From: Perna viridis
Lineage: Eukaryota
DNA: 64,000 bases
Direction of reading: 5' to 3'
Assembly (NCBI GenBank): GCA_037379345.1
Contig: CM074514.1
Coordinates: forward strand, 19,840,001 to 19,904,000
The position numbers and the translations under genes are program-made. Each line of letters opens with the position of its first letter. Position 1 is the first letter of the stretch. Below are positions 12,301 through 27,300 of this stretch, piece by piece. The notes under the pieces were generated by a model. That model had not been told where the DNA came from, did no database searches, and worked only from the letters and a program-made list of their open reading frames with translations.

Positions 12301-15300
12301 AGAACTCCCCTGTATCCTCAAAGCAAAGAAAGATTTATGTCATATCAGAACACACCATGGACACTCAATGCTAGGAAAGAGGTATGCATGTTTATATGAT
12401 TTTGAATTATGTGTTGAGGGATAGAGTTATTTGTATTCAGCGTATTGATAATGCTCCACCATGCTCTTGTGATTGATGTGCTGACAGGGATATACCAGGC
12501 TTTATATAACACCTATTCTGGGTCTGTGTTCAAAGTTCAAACATTTACTTCCTAATTATTTGTGTCATTTCTGAGTGAATGATCTTAAATCTTTCATGTT
12601 TCAGACCCTCTACAATACATATGATTTACATATACTATCTGTCCCTATAAAGATAAATATGAATATATGCTTGGTTGTAGGAAGGTTAAACAATTTTGAC
12701 CAGTTTTGTTGTAGTAATAAAATCTAATGAAAAGTAAATAAATGTTGTTTTTTTTTATGTAGCTAGCAAATTGTTTTTTTTAACTTATGGGATGAGGTAT
12801 TATAATATTTCACTTAAGTGTAGACCCATGTACTATATGTTGTAGATATTCCATCCGAGAGAGAGATTAGAGAACCCAACAGCACAGAGTCTGATCTTTG
12901 ACCAAATTGTACAAGATGTGTATAACCCAGGGTGTATGAGAATTAGTAAAGATGACAGAATCAAAATGAGGGGCATGCTGGGTTAGTAGTTTGTTTGTCT
13001 GTAAACAAATTGTATAAATGCAATTCATGTACAATACAGTTTTGATAAAATGGTAACGTTAAATTTTCCTTGGATATTTTTCTTGTCTGACGAAGTATTG
13101 CATATTGTTTAAAAAAACTGATAATAATGAAATTTAACTTTTTCAGAGAATTATGGAATTAATGATAGAAACTATCTCTCAGGACCACACAATAACCAAG
13201 TGAAGAAAATCATTATAGACACGGCTAAAGACTGGCCATCATATTTCTGTAGAATGTTCCCTGTTGCTGTAAGTAACTAGGCTTAATATATTGTATCGCA
13301 GGAAATCTTCGTGAGATTCTAACTTTTGCTGTGTTCATGAGGTTTGGGATATCACAAATATAAAAGCTCATTATATATAACTCCTCTTGTTTTACAAATA
13401 ATTTTCATTCCATTAAATCTTAAGATGTAAAAAATGAAGACTGAAAATTTAATGACCCTTTTCATAGACAATATCACAAAATTTGGCACCTGTGGAAAAT
13501 ACCCGCTATATGGTAGTTGGTTTCTGAAATTATCTCATCAGTCAGTCAAATCCTTAGTCCACATACCATGTTAGCCCAACTGTTCTCAGTGGATATTAAT
13601 GAAAACTTGATAGATAGGTAAGACAACATGGCGGAAGCCAAATATTGTCTAATACCTGCAAAACCTTGTTAGCACAACTCCTCATAAACTGCTTATATTT
13701 GATGACATTATTGGAAGGTTGGGCATCATATTTAGATAGCTATACATGTAGACTGATGTTATTTCATCAGGTCACTGCTAGGGATAACATGTAACCTTAT
13801 TAATGGTTTAACATTATTCTATGTACACTAGAAGTGGGTTATATTAGTTTTGTGAGTTTACTAAAAATAGTTAACTTAAATACTGTGGTCAAATGATTGC
13901 GCTCTAGGTGTCCTTTCTTCAAATCCTGACTGGTATTATTGTGAAATTTGTTGAGTGGAATGAGGGCATTATAGTATGTTGTAACAAAACTATTTTATTG
14001 TGTACAGGGAGAAGGAGAAAATGCAGAGGTGAAATATGTTGGTGTAAGCCATTCAGGAATAAGATTCCTCAGACGAGAAAGGTCACTAGTTGAGGATAAC
14101 TTTGAAGTCCTGGATTTCTTCAAGTAAGTTTTCAGTTCAGGGCAATTGTAGTAATGTGGTAGCTTTATAATCTTTTTTATTGTCTTTTAATGGCAACAAA
14201 ATTTAGAGGTATATAGGCATTTGGTCTGTAAGTCTGTCTGTTCATCTTTCTATTCAGTAAGCTTTATTTGGAAGTAAATAGTATTTTTTTTTATCTCCAG
14301 ATTTGAAGATGTAATAGATGTACAGATACACAATAGGAATGTTGTACAAATCAACTTTAAAGACAGATCTGTTGTCTTCCATACAAATAGGGTAAGTGGT
14401 ATAATATTTTGGCATAGTCTAATTCATATTGGGGAAAATATGGCAGCTTGGAAATACAAATGCAATGATAAAGCTCTTGTCCTTTGCAAAATCTGAAGTT
14501 ACTAACTAGTTGTTTTAACAATATAGAGTTGACAGAAAAGAGCTTAAGGAGGTAGACCTATGATAAGGCACATAACTCTTGAAATCACTGATATGTTTGT
14601 ATCATACTCAATTTCACAAAAGCCTTTTAAGCTTTCCTTTGAAACAGAATAAAATCAGTCCATGTTACTTTGATGCTTACATGAGATTGATGTGAAATGG
14701 TGAATACAAACGTTCCAATGATTTGTAGAGTTGTGTCCCTTACCCTAGCTCTACCTCCTTAAATAATCCTTGGCAAATTATGGTCCATAATTAGTAAACA
14801 CATATCTTGTATCTAGACATTGTGAACATGTAGCTTTGATATCAGTGTCCTTAATTTACATAGAAGAGACTTGTATTTTTCTATAGACACAATTATGTCT
14901 GTAGTTGAGTAAGATTTTTTACAAAACTTAGAAGTTCACATGTTTTATGATTTTAGTCAAGGCAGATGAAAGAGCTCATTGATATGTACCTTACTGAAAC
15001 TGATAGGGTAAGTATATTTGATCATTCTACTGTTTGTTTCTTTTTCTCATTCTGTTTTAGTTCAAATTTCTTCAGTATTAAAATGTCAACAGGTTTCTTC
15101 TTATCATTCACAGATTGAAATAAAGACCACATGTTGTTTTTTTTTTATGTATAGATTTCAAGATTTCTCTAGTGATTTGCTTTTAAAAAGAAAAACAAAA
15201 ACAAAAAAAAAAACATCACAGGACATGGCTACATCCATCACACTTGGCCTATTCACCAAAGCGAAGATAACTTTAGTATTACAATAAATTAATGGAGAAT

Positions 15301-18300
15301 TATTTGCTTATTTTTTTTTATTAGCTTGTGTAATGCATTTTTAAGTATTCACATTTAATTTCCAGGTTCACAAGTATGTAGTAGCTTCCAAGGACTACAT
15401 AACTAGGGAGTCAACACTTCTTAGCTTCAGAAAAGGAGATGTGATTAAAATCCTTGATGCGGAGATGCCTTTAGAAAGAGGTTAGGGAAAAATAAATGTG
15501 TAGTGCAATCTGGGCATATATTGTTCTTCTGTCTGTAGGTCTGTCTTCTAGCTTGCTTTCAATGATTCCTTGTTAAAATAAACATAAAATATATAAAAAA
15601 ATTCCCAAAACTGTTTTGCCCATATTCATCGGTTTTTATACATTGTATTTTTATAGGATGGTTATATGGATCTCTGAATGGAGTCCTTGGTTATTTCCCT
15701 GAGGAATATTGCAAACCACTTGCAAGACATGAAGTTGAAAGGTCACCCAGCAATGTCAAGGTATTATTACATATATATATATACATTTTTGTTAAGGCAT
15801 GTGTTAGTGTATATCTCTCACTTATTATACTGTATATATCCATATAAGTATTTAACATTCTCTTTCAGTGATACTAAGAAAAAGCTATGAAGGCATTTCT
15901 TGTAAGAGAGATTAAAACCATTTCCCCTGTCAAATTGTTTATGTCTGAGATTTTCCAGTTGATGACCTTTTAAATGAATTGTATTGGTCAATAGCCAGAA
16001 AACATAACATGGTTTGAAAGATAATTTCTCAATTGTAAGTTCACCTATACATGTAAAAAATAAGCATCATGTGAAATGTAAAGTAAATTTCACTTTAACC
16101 TGATAAAAAATTAACTCAGTTGTGTGAAAATCACATGAAACCTACATAAATATCTTTTCTGTGTAGGCTAGACTTTTCTGACATTTCTGTTGATTAATGG
16201 GTTACATGAATTATATGATGTTGGATCTCAGTCATCTCCCTTTCCTTTTCTACACTTTGCCTTGGTATTAGAAACTGTAGTGTTACCTCTGTGACTTAAT
16301 ACAATATTTTATATTTACATAAATATCACCATAATTCTATAATTGAATCTTAAATCTAGTAATTCTGTGAATCATTAGTTGTGTGATGTGGAACAGGTAG
16401 GTAAATTTTCATGTATCAGGTTACAGAGGTTCTATATATATGAAGTAAAGATCCATGTAAGAATCAGGCAAGTTGTATAGTGACAGGGGTACATTGAAAA
16501 TATTGCAAAACTTTTTTTTTATTCTATGCACCTTAGTTACAATCCCTATATAAATTGTAGCACTGGAATGTTTTTCACAATTCCTCCCATTTTTATTTCC
16601 TAAGAAGTAGTAAATGGTCTTTCCTCACCATACTATCTCAGCATTATTTTTTTGTATAAATAGTGTTTACTAGATGTATGGAATTCAATTCTGTAATAAA
16701 AAACAGTTCCACCAAACATCATTTAAGGTACATTACCCCCTGCCTGATTCATACATGGGCTTGTACTTAATGTTTTACTTTAATCTAAAGTATTATTATC
16801 TGATGAATGTAAATTTTGTATATAATCATTTTGAACCCATTTTTGAAAACAGGGAGTTGAAAATGGAACCACTGAGGAGGTACCAGTATTAAAAGTACCA
16901 TTTTTTTACCCTTTTCCGGTAAATGTTTTAATCTATCTGTAGCTATAACAGTCTCATTGTGTGATTCACAGTCATTTTGTTGTCATAAAGAAACACATTG
17001 CAAAATGATAGTCATTATCTGCTTTTATCTTAGACTGTGTTTTGTAGAACTTAGAAGTTGTTTTAGTATATTCGTTAAAACCAATCTTTTATTGCATGGC
17101 AGTGAATTGTAGATTTTGTAGGCAATTTTCTTTATGGCTGCCTTTTCAAGATTACATCACAGTCCAACTGTCCATCCACACTACATATAACTCAAAACTA
17201 CATGAAGGAATTGACAAGGAAGGTTTAGCACAATATAAAGCCTGTTTTAACCTACCTTTCATTTTTTGAAATGTCTGTACCAAGTCAGGACCATTGCAGT
17301 GTTTTCTGTACCAAGTCAGGCCCATTGCTGTGGTTTCTGTACCAAATCAGGACCATTGCTGTGTTTTCTGTACCAAGTCAGGACCATTGCTGTGTTTTCT
17401 GTACCAAGTCGGAACCATTGCTGTGGTTTCTGTACCAAGTCAAGACCATTGCTGTGGTTTCTGTACCAAGTCAGGACCATTGCTGTGTTTTCTGTACCAA
17501 GTCAGGACCATTGCTGTGTTTTCTGTACCAAGTCGGAACCATTGCTGTGGTTTCTGTACCAAGTCAAGACCATTGCTGTGGTTTCTGTACCAAGTCAGGA
17601 CCATTGCTGTGTTTTCTGTACCAAGTCGGGACCATTGCTGTGGTTTCTGTACCAAGTCAGGACCATTGCTGTGGTTTCTGTACCAAGTCAGGACCATTAC
17701 TGTGTTTCTGTACCAAGTCAGGACCATTGCTGTGGTATCTGTACCAAGTCAGGACCATTGCTGTGGTTTTCCAACTTTCTGGTTTTTGCCCTGATATTGC
17801 GAGTTGTTATATAGACTTTCCTTTTGACTATTGCCTAGATTTGATCAATAATGTTGTTATTACCATTCATGGCAGATTTGGCTTTTGCTTTATTAGCTTC
17901 TAAAGACAGATGATGCTTTAAATGTCAGGGTCATAGCAGTTTTCATGATTTACTAACTATAATTAATACTGTAGGTTTTTTACTGCTAGCCGGCTGTTTG
18001 TATTTAAAGCTACATAGTGATTCATTGTGGTGTTGATGACTTGATATCTGTTTTAGTGATTTTTACTTATTCAAAACTTAATAAAACACTGAAGCCTTTC
18101 AGTGTTCTATAGACAGATTTTGTTTGATATTTTGTTTATATTATTAGAAATAGAATAAATTTAGCTAAATTGACTGCTACTTGTACATCTTTAGGTTTGA
18201 TAATAACAAAAATATATGGATTTTTTTCCCTCTGCATTTTGTGAATGTGACCTGTAAAGATGCTGATTTTTATTGTAGGCCCATATGACAGAACATGTTG

Positions 18301-21300
18301 TACAGAGAATTATACGATCTCCAAGCAGGGTAGGTATTAACAAAATATTGAGTTACTTTTACCATTGACCTCCAAGCAGGGTAGTTATTAGCAAAATATC
18401 GAGTAACTTTTACCATTGACAAAATTGTCTTTGTTTTTGTCACTTCATAGTTTGTTGATGAGGTCTTATACAAAGGCTGATTTAAGTACTAACAGTCCCT
18501 TGTATTATCAGAATGTTAATTTGTGTTATGACTGGTCATATATTAATATATGGTTTGTGACTGGTCAAGTGTTATTGAATGGTTAGTGACTGGTCATTTG
18601 TTAATAGATCGTTTGTGACTGGTCAAGTGTTATTGAATGGTTAGTGACTGGTCATTTGTTAATAGATCGTTTGTGACTGGTCAAGTGTTATTGAATGGTT
18701 AGTGACTGGTCATTTGTTAATAGATCGTTTGTGACTGGTCAAGTGTTAATGAATGGTTAGTGACTGGTCATGTGTTAATATATGGTAAGTGACTGGTAAT
18801 GAAATCATAATATAATTTTTTAGCCATTGACCATCTTGCTCTAATATTTTTCATAAGATATCAACCTCTGATACACTTATAGATTACTAGATGTTACAAT
18901 AATCAGTCCCAAAAGTTAATAGGTATCAAAACTTAATTTGAGATATTGATCTTTCGGAGAAAATACCTTTTTATATCAGTTTTATAATTAACTGGTTCAG
19001 GTTGACTGATGCAAAGAAATATAATATAATAAAATTTAAATTGATGTAGCAAAAATGATTCAGTACCAGAAACCACTGGGTTGATACTACTAGTATGTTT
19101 GTTTGTTTTTTTTTTATTGGTTGCTTGTTTGATGTATTGTATAAGCATGTTACATTTGTGTGAAAAAAAGCTTGGAAAAAGACAATAAATAGTGAGGGAG
19201 GAAGTATGTCTTTTGAATTTCATGGTCTACAGGTAAAATGAAAGCCAGTTAAATGGGGCGTTCACTTGTTCTTTAGTCCATAAAATTTTTGATAAACTAA
19301 TATTTTACAAATGATAGAAAAAAAAAAGATTTGGGTGTAAAACTGTTTTAAAAGTAAATTGTGTTTACAGGATGGTCGTGACAACATCAGTGAAACAAGT
19401 CAAGGGACAGCTATACAGGATGGGAAGTTTTCTATGATGGAATATTCACTAATGAATTTCAAGGAATCTATGGAAAAGTAAGAATTATTTCAGTATTTAA
19501 ACATCTATGATTAGAAAATATATTCTGTGTTCCAGAAACTTTGGTTTAAACTTTTCACTAATTATGAACTTGTTTTTGATTAATATGAACCTGATTGAAG
19601 TCATTGTACATTGGAATATTATCAACATTGATAGAAATAAACGGTTCTGATATTTCCTGCTCCTTGTTTAAAAACAACTGTTGCCTATTCAAGCCTTGGT
19701 TATATAAGGATGAGATCTACCTCTGAGGAGTCAGCATTTAGTGTGCCAAAGGGCAGATCTCAAAACATGAGACTGCAATCTAAATATGGTAGAATTATTC
19801 CTGAAATACTTGGCATGCACTCAGAAAGTAATGGGTAACAATTCTTCATATAACATTGCAATTTCTTTGATTGTCAATTTTGAAATTCTTCATTTAATGT
19901 CATATCTCCCAAGTAAATTGGTTGTGGTTTGACCATAAAAAGCCATAAAAATATGTACCCCATGATAAAGTTATACTTTCTTTATTACATCTTATGGTAT
20001 GTTAAATCATTAATGCCTGTTACAGAAAAAGGAGACAAAATAACTCGAGTGGTTTTCACAATATGTATAGACAAGGTAACGATACCACTGCATGTCTTAT
20101 ATTGTTGTATGTTGTTATATGGTATTATGTTGTATCCCTTTGTTATGCTGTAAGAAAGCATCAGAATCTGATCATCACTTGACCTTGATGCAGATGTTTT
20201 GATGGCTTGGCTAAATTCTTCTTGACATTGTATATAAATAACTGATCAGTCAATCCCTGTATGGCCTTGTAGAACCATTTATACAGATGTAATTTTGCTT
20301 CCCATTATATGAAAACTGACTTTCTAAATTCTAATTTTGCAGTTTAAATAAATCACCTTGAACTTCAGATTCTGATGTGTTCTGCTATTATCTGCATGAC
20401 ATGTTTATTTATACCAGTTCAGTTTATCTATTTATAGTTAGCTTGAATATTTTTCTAGTTCTTTTGGCTTGCATTGAATTCAATTTTTACTAAAATTGAA
20501 CATCTTCTAAACCATCATGAAATATTTGAGCTAACTTAATGCATGATATTATTATGTTATGTTGTCAAGGTAACTGCCAATTTTTAGGTATGAAGTAAGG
20601 AAAGGTACTGATGGATCATTATATGGATCTGTTAAAAAGATTGAAAGTATAAAACTAAACAACATGGAACGTGAGCAACGGAAACGAAGAGGTGAAGGTC
20701 ATATTTATACCATTTGGTCTATTTAATAATCTTACTATGAAGTTTGTTGATAACATGGATTAATGTACTACTAAAAACTATCAAATCAGTTTTGGACAAC
20801 TGTTTTACGGAATCCCTGTCAATTTTTCATATGGCTTATAATTTTATTTTCAAAATGAACCATTGTGACCCTTTTATTCAATTGTTATCTGCCTGTCCTT
20901 TATACAGTCAGAGTTTACATTAAAAAAAACCCAAAACATGGAAATAAATTTGACTTTTAAAGAGTTAAGGTCCTATTTACATCCAACAACATATCAGAAC
21001 AATGAATACATATAACTTAGTTAAAGGTGACTAATTTATTTGTTTTTACTTTGTGAGTCATGTTTAAGTTCAATAAACTAAGTTTTTTTTACTTATTAGT
21101 GCTTTGAACATGTATTTTGTAAGATTTGATGGAGGGATATTGCTTTTCATCCTTCATTTATTGCTTTGTGTAAGCATTGAATATTTTAACTGACTGATAT
21201 GATGAAATTAAAATTTGGAGAAAGATATATAAGTTTCATTTGTTTTTTACATGAATGTTTAAAAGTCTATAGCAAAGATACATGAACCTCCTTGATATAT

Positions 21301-24300
21301 AGTGATAATATAGTGTATGGTGTATCACAGAAATATATTACACCTTTTACAGAATCTGTTGTGAAGTTGTCAGATGTCATTGGTAAAATATGCTTTGATA
21401 TTAAATCAATGAAAAGGGAATTTTGCAACTTAAAGACTATTTACGAAAGTAATTTATTTTCAAAATGCTATAAAGAAAAGTAAGTTTGGGTCTAACTTAC
21501 TTCCTCATTATTACTTCATTGTTCGTTAATCATGCCTCTGTGAGTATAATGTTGTCTTGTTTTAGGATCTGGTGATTGGTCATGGAAAGAGCAGGCAGAG
21601 ATGGTAAAGTGGACCAGGGTAAGTTATGCTATATCTATTGCTTAAAACGCCTATCTTTAAACATTGTAGTAGTTCAAATGGACTGCTAGTGGTTTCACTG
21701 AGGATCCAGATGTAGCCAGATGACCATTGATATTCTGTAATTTACCAGATCCCTATGATAAGATATCAATTAGATTCTTGTACATGTAAAAGTGTAACTT
21801 CCTTTGAGATAAATGTAAAATTGTAGAAAATGATGATAAGGTTTACCAAGGGACATAATGGTTCTACCATATTCACAGCAAACTCCAAATGGTGTATTAC
21901 CAAAATGGAAAGACAAACTTGTACCCATGCGACATGGAACGGTACTACTGCATTGCTCGTATTAGAATCATGTCTAGTGGCATTAACAAATTAACTTATG
22001 CACTTCGTATTTCATAAATCTAGAATTTGTTTGGATTTAATACCCAATAATGTGACATGAAGGCTATGCCAAGATCAATCTGTACATTTTCCCTGTTAAA
22101 ACAAACCATGTTTCTGGCCAGTGGACATGATAGACTTGCTTATGCTTTAGTCTGAATCATTATGTCGGCTTTAGTTTCCAGTGATATAATTAGGAGTTAT
22201 GTTGGTTTATTGACGCTACCTACTAACCAATAGTCCTCAGTTTTAGTTTCCTTTATATTATCTATCTTCGTTGATCAATTTTATTTCAGTAAGGTTGATA
22301 TTGGTTTAAGATTGTAACAGATTTTTATGTAGCAAAATAAAAATATCGTAATGATGTTTACAGTTGTGACAACCTTTATACTCCTTATCTTATTGTGTAT
22401 GTAGTCTGTCTGTCTGTCAATCAGTTCATCCATAGTAAACTGGTTTTTACATTCAGTTTTTTGGAATCTGGTGTACTATTGTTTTTTACGTTTGTCAATA
22501 AAGTTGCAATAGGGACATTCATTCAACATTCCTTGTGAACACATCACAATTGACATTCTTTAATTTGTGCACATGCTTCACATCTGATGATTATAACAAA
22601 GAAATATGAACTTGATCATTCTTTACTTTTGTTACAGATGAAGCTAATTATATATATCAAAGCTTACTAATGAATTTATATTTATGCAACTTTAAACATT
22701 AATAGCACACAATGCTTGTGCAACACACTTTATAAAAAAAAAAACCACAGAATTTTTTGCTGGATTGTATCAATGGTATTCCGATTTTACTTACCCAGAA
22801 TCTTCATTAATTGAATATGACAAGTAAAGAAAATTCAATTTTTACATTTTTTATTTCAGTCTCCAATCCAGACATCTTTGTTAAAACTGACCTCAAATGA
22901 GCTCAACAGACTAGCTTTAGAATGTTTCCTAAGTAAGTATATTAAAATTGTAGTAGAAATCATCAGGAATCGATGTCTTCTGTAATTTCCCATCCAATTG
23001 GCAATAATTCCTGCCCAAATTATTGTTAAACTGATTCACAACATTTTTTGTACATTCAATGGTTTACTTTGAACATTCAGTTAGTGGTCAGGTGTAGTGC
23101 AGCAGGTAATTCTCGAGCAATACCAATAACTTTTGTTGGTACTTCATGCAGTACCTAAAATTCTTGTCAAAAAATTTTTAAAAACAAGGTATTTACTTAG
23201 TAACTAATTAAGACAAGTTCAAAGATATGTGTTTGTTCCCCCTGCCAAACTAATCAAGATTTTTAGTGCTACACCACTGGTGCTTGTTTCTAGGGAATCT
23301 AAGATAAAGAGCATTCTATCGGATAGTAATGGTAAAATTTATTATGTTATTGTCACTCACAACACAGCAGAAATCACATACTCCATTAAACAATTTAGAC
23401 ACATAGTTTATTAATGGACTACCATTCTGTTTCAACAAATGCACTTGAGACTACTGGTACATGTACTATTATGACACTTTGGTCATGTTGAGTCATGGAG
23501 TATACACCTTTCTGTAGCTTTCTTGTATTGTTTCAGGTCTAATGATGTTTATGGATGACTATCCAATGAAGGCAGGAATGGATGAAACTGACTGTGCTCT
23601 AAAAATATTGAAGGTTTGTTAACTTTGCATTTCTCAATTTGTACATTTGTCATTGAGAATTAAAAATATTTTAAGTTTACTGCTAATAGGAACTTTTATA
23701 TACAGACAAACATGGTTGGTATTGTTCTTCTTCTGACCAATATTGTACATATACTTTGATCTGTCAAAGGTACTGTTTCTTCAAAGATTTTTTAAATGTC
23801 AGAAATGTCATATAATATTTATATATTTACATTTACCTCATCCTTTTCAGAATTGTCATAAGTATCCTGAATTACGAGATGAAGTGTACTGTCAGTTGTG
23901 TAAACAAACAACAAGCAACAGAAGCATGAAACCGTAAGTTCTTATTAATCTGAAACTTACTCCATCTTTTTCATACTTGATAGTTTCTGGCATTTATAAT
24001 TAGTTGAATTGCGAAGATCATGGGAAAAGCATGAACAGATACAAAACATCCAGTGTCCTGTAAAATTTTCATAACAGTATGTAGGTAGTTTTTTAAAGTG
24101 GTCAGAAGATACATGCATCAATACCTTTTTTTTTCGTAAGACTTGATAAATTGTAAAGAAATGTCATTTGACACCAGAATTTATGTTGTTAATAATTGAC
24201 CAAACATATTTTTTTTTCAGAAAAAGTTGCATTATGGGATGGAGATTATTTTCTATTGTGGCATGTTATTGTGACTGTTCAGAAATGTTGAGGCCATATT

Positions 24301-27300
24301 TGTTTAAATACTTAGAGACAACAGCATCCGATACGTCACGAACATTCAGTGGTGCTGCATCTATTTGTTTACAAAACCTTAGAAAAACATTCAAATTTGG
24401 TGGAAGGAAAAATGTTCCACTCAGAGAGGAAATCAGTGCTTTAGCTGTACGTATTCAAATACAATGCTATTATTTCAGCCTTTATTTCTGAAATAGAATT
24501 TGTAGTCCTCTGCACTCCTTGACCAGGGGTGTCCACATTTCCATTGTATTTTTTTACCTTGATACACATACTAAATATTTTTAAGTGACTTTCACCTGAA
24601 TTTAGGAAATGATTTTGTGATGGAGTTCAAGTGAAATTATGTGAACTGACCCTATGCATGAATTGAACATAAAATGTTACTGCCTGTATAATGGTCAGTT
24701 ACATTAGATAGGTAAGACTTCCCTTTCACTCAATAAAGTTCAAGGGGGAAAACAAAAAAGTTATTTATATGTTTGATAGAGAATTTTTTTCATAAATACA
24801 TGTAAATATCTATAAAACTCATAGACTTTTCACTATATATATAATCATTCAGTAACTATCAAAAAAAATGAAATGATAAATAATTAAGTAGTAATGTTAA
24901 AAATTAAAAAAAAATGAAAATTACAGCCTTTGATTAACTAAAATTTTCTTGTTTTGTAGAATGGTAGAATATCAAAGAGATTCCATTTTATCTACAGTGG
25001 ATCAGAGAAGGAAGGAGTGGTTCATATCAAACCTTGTTCTGTAAGTATACCATGATTACTATACACCAACTCTGTAAATGATGACTATAGCATAAACTGT
25101 ACATTTTTTATTTCATAATTATTTTATACTTACAGTGGTATACACTTTTGATTTACTGGTACACACTTATGACTTTGTGGCACACACTTATGACTTAGGG
25201 GTACAAGTTTGACTTATGATTTTACAGATTTTGATTGGTAGCAATTTTATGCTACCCATTTGTGTTGAAATACAACGAAAATAATGAACCCGTAATGGAA
25301 GTGAGAGGTTTTGTGTGCTTTAAAACCTTGTTTAACAAATCTTTCATTTTGAAATGCTTGTACCATGTCAGGGCCATTGCAGTGTTTCCAACTTTCCAGT
25401 TTTTACCCTGATAATGTTATTTGTTATACAGGCTTTCCTTTTGACTACTGCCTAGATTTTATCAGTTTGGTAATTTTGTGATAATCCTTCATTTAGTGGT
25501 AAACATTTATGGCTTAGTGGTGTACACTGGTGAGGGAAGTGGGGGGATGGTGCGGTCACATTCCCCTTTGAAAACCAACAAGCCTCTATTAAAGTTGTCA
25601 TTTTGCCCAAGATCCCTGACCTTTTAAGTTAGCATTCCCCTTTCATAAATCCTGTGTTGGGGCCTGCAGTACAAGTACAAATATAAACATTAACAATTAT
25701 ATTACTAACAAAAGTCAGGTACTTTCATACATGTATCATAAACCTTTATAATAAAGATGTCAATGCTTAGCTCTGACTTGACTTGGTGATTTTTACAGAT
25801 TTCTAATCTTATGTTTATCAATACATGATTTGTAGGTTGTAAGAGACCTCATTGAAGATGTATGTAGCAGATTAGATATTTTAGATCCAGTAGAGATGGA
25901 AGAATATACCTTATTTATTAGAACAAGTATGTATCATTAAAGAAATTTATGGAGTGTTTATTGTAAAACTATCAGTTCAAAAGTTTATTATTGTGTCACG
26001 ATTCACTATTGTTACACAAAATCAGTGCATTTTCTATAATTGAAATGTATATAGTTAGAAAAACATGTTTTTACTACACAAAAATGAAAGCTAAAACTTG
26101 CACATTTGTACATGCTTGTATTATTTCATTGTAGAGGATGAAGGAAATCATATTCACTTCAGCAGATTACGTCCAACTGAATATATACTGGATGTCACCT
26201 CTGAGTTTGACAGGAACAAGAGAGATTTCTCACTAGTCTTCCAAAGAACTGTCTGGTTCTTCCCATTCCGCCAGACTGACAACACTCTATATAATGACCT
26301 CATGTTTTTCCAAGTATGTACTGTTAAGTATAGAACTGTTCAATATGTGTATAGGTCTACAATCTTTAAAGTCTTTTTCAGATTTTTCTGATCTGATGTA
26401 ACTTAAGATGATATGACCTAGCATTTTCAATTCTTTAATCGAGAGTTAACACACTTACATAGTCATTGAAGGGTAATTGGTTTTAATGTCAACTAATTTT
26501 GTTTTGTTGAAACTCTTAAATTGGTTTTTATTAGCATTGTTTTATTATTAGTCATTTTCTTATTTTTATTTGTCAATGCATATTAACATAATCAGCTATA
26601 GCTTTTGATATCATCTAGTTACCTCCCTTTATTTAATAATCAACTTTTTATTGCAGTGCCTACCAGACTACATGGATGATTTATTACTTGTAATGAAGGA
26701 TGGTCGACTCTCTAATCAAGATGAGGTAATCATTATAGGCTTTTATAAGGCAAAGTAAAAATTTACTAAATCATTGAAAAAACTATGACCCATTCTCTGT
26801 AAGCATCAAAACATCTGGTATATGAATGGAAGGGTCTCAGATTTCCATGAGTTATTATGGCAACATTATTTGAAATCAAATGTTGTTTTTGGAAGTTGTT
26901 AACCAACCTTGACCAAATATGGGCATATAAGATAAGTTGTGATTCCAAATATTTGAAATGTAAACATTCTTACAGGTTAGGAGGAGTGCCTCTGTCATAA
27001 TTCATTTTTGGGTTTTTCATCCTTCAGGATCAAAATACCTTATGTCACTGGTCTATCACTGGAATTTCCCTACTATTTCTGAACACTACACAAAAATATA
27101 GCCCAAATGTAATTCCTTTTATATCATTCAATACCTACTACAGTGATTTTAACCAAGTAAAATTGGCAGGAAAATTCAAATTGATTTAAGTGTCTAGATT
27201 TTGAAAATCTTGTGTGAAGGAAATTATTTTCTAAAGCTGATATTCATTTTATTTCTGTACAATTGTTCTGTAGGATAAGTACTCTGTTACATATAGCTTT

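Noticed and set aside
16379-16396. 18-nt microexon LCDVEQ with CAG|gtaggt donor
   Set aside because: The donor is good but the acceptor (gaatcattag) has no pyrimidine tract; too weak to call.
17266-17903. Overlapping 166-210 aa Cys-rich ORFs in all three + frames
   Set aside because: They are frame-cycling translations of the 31-bp tandem repeat within an intron.
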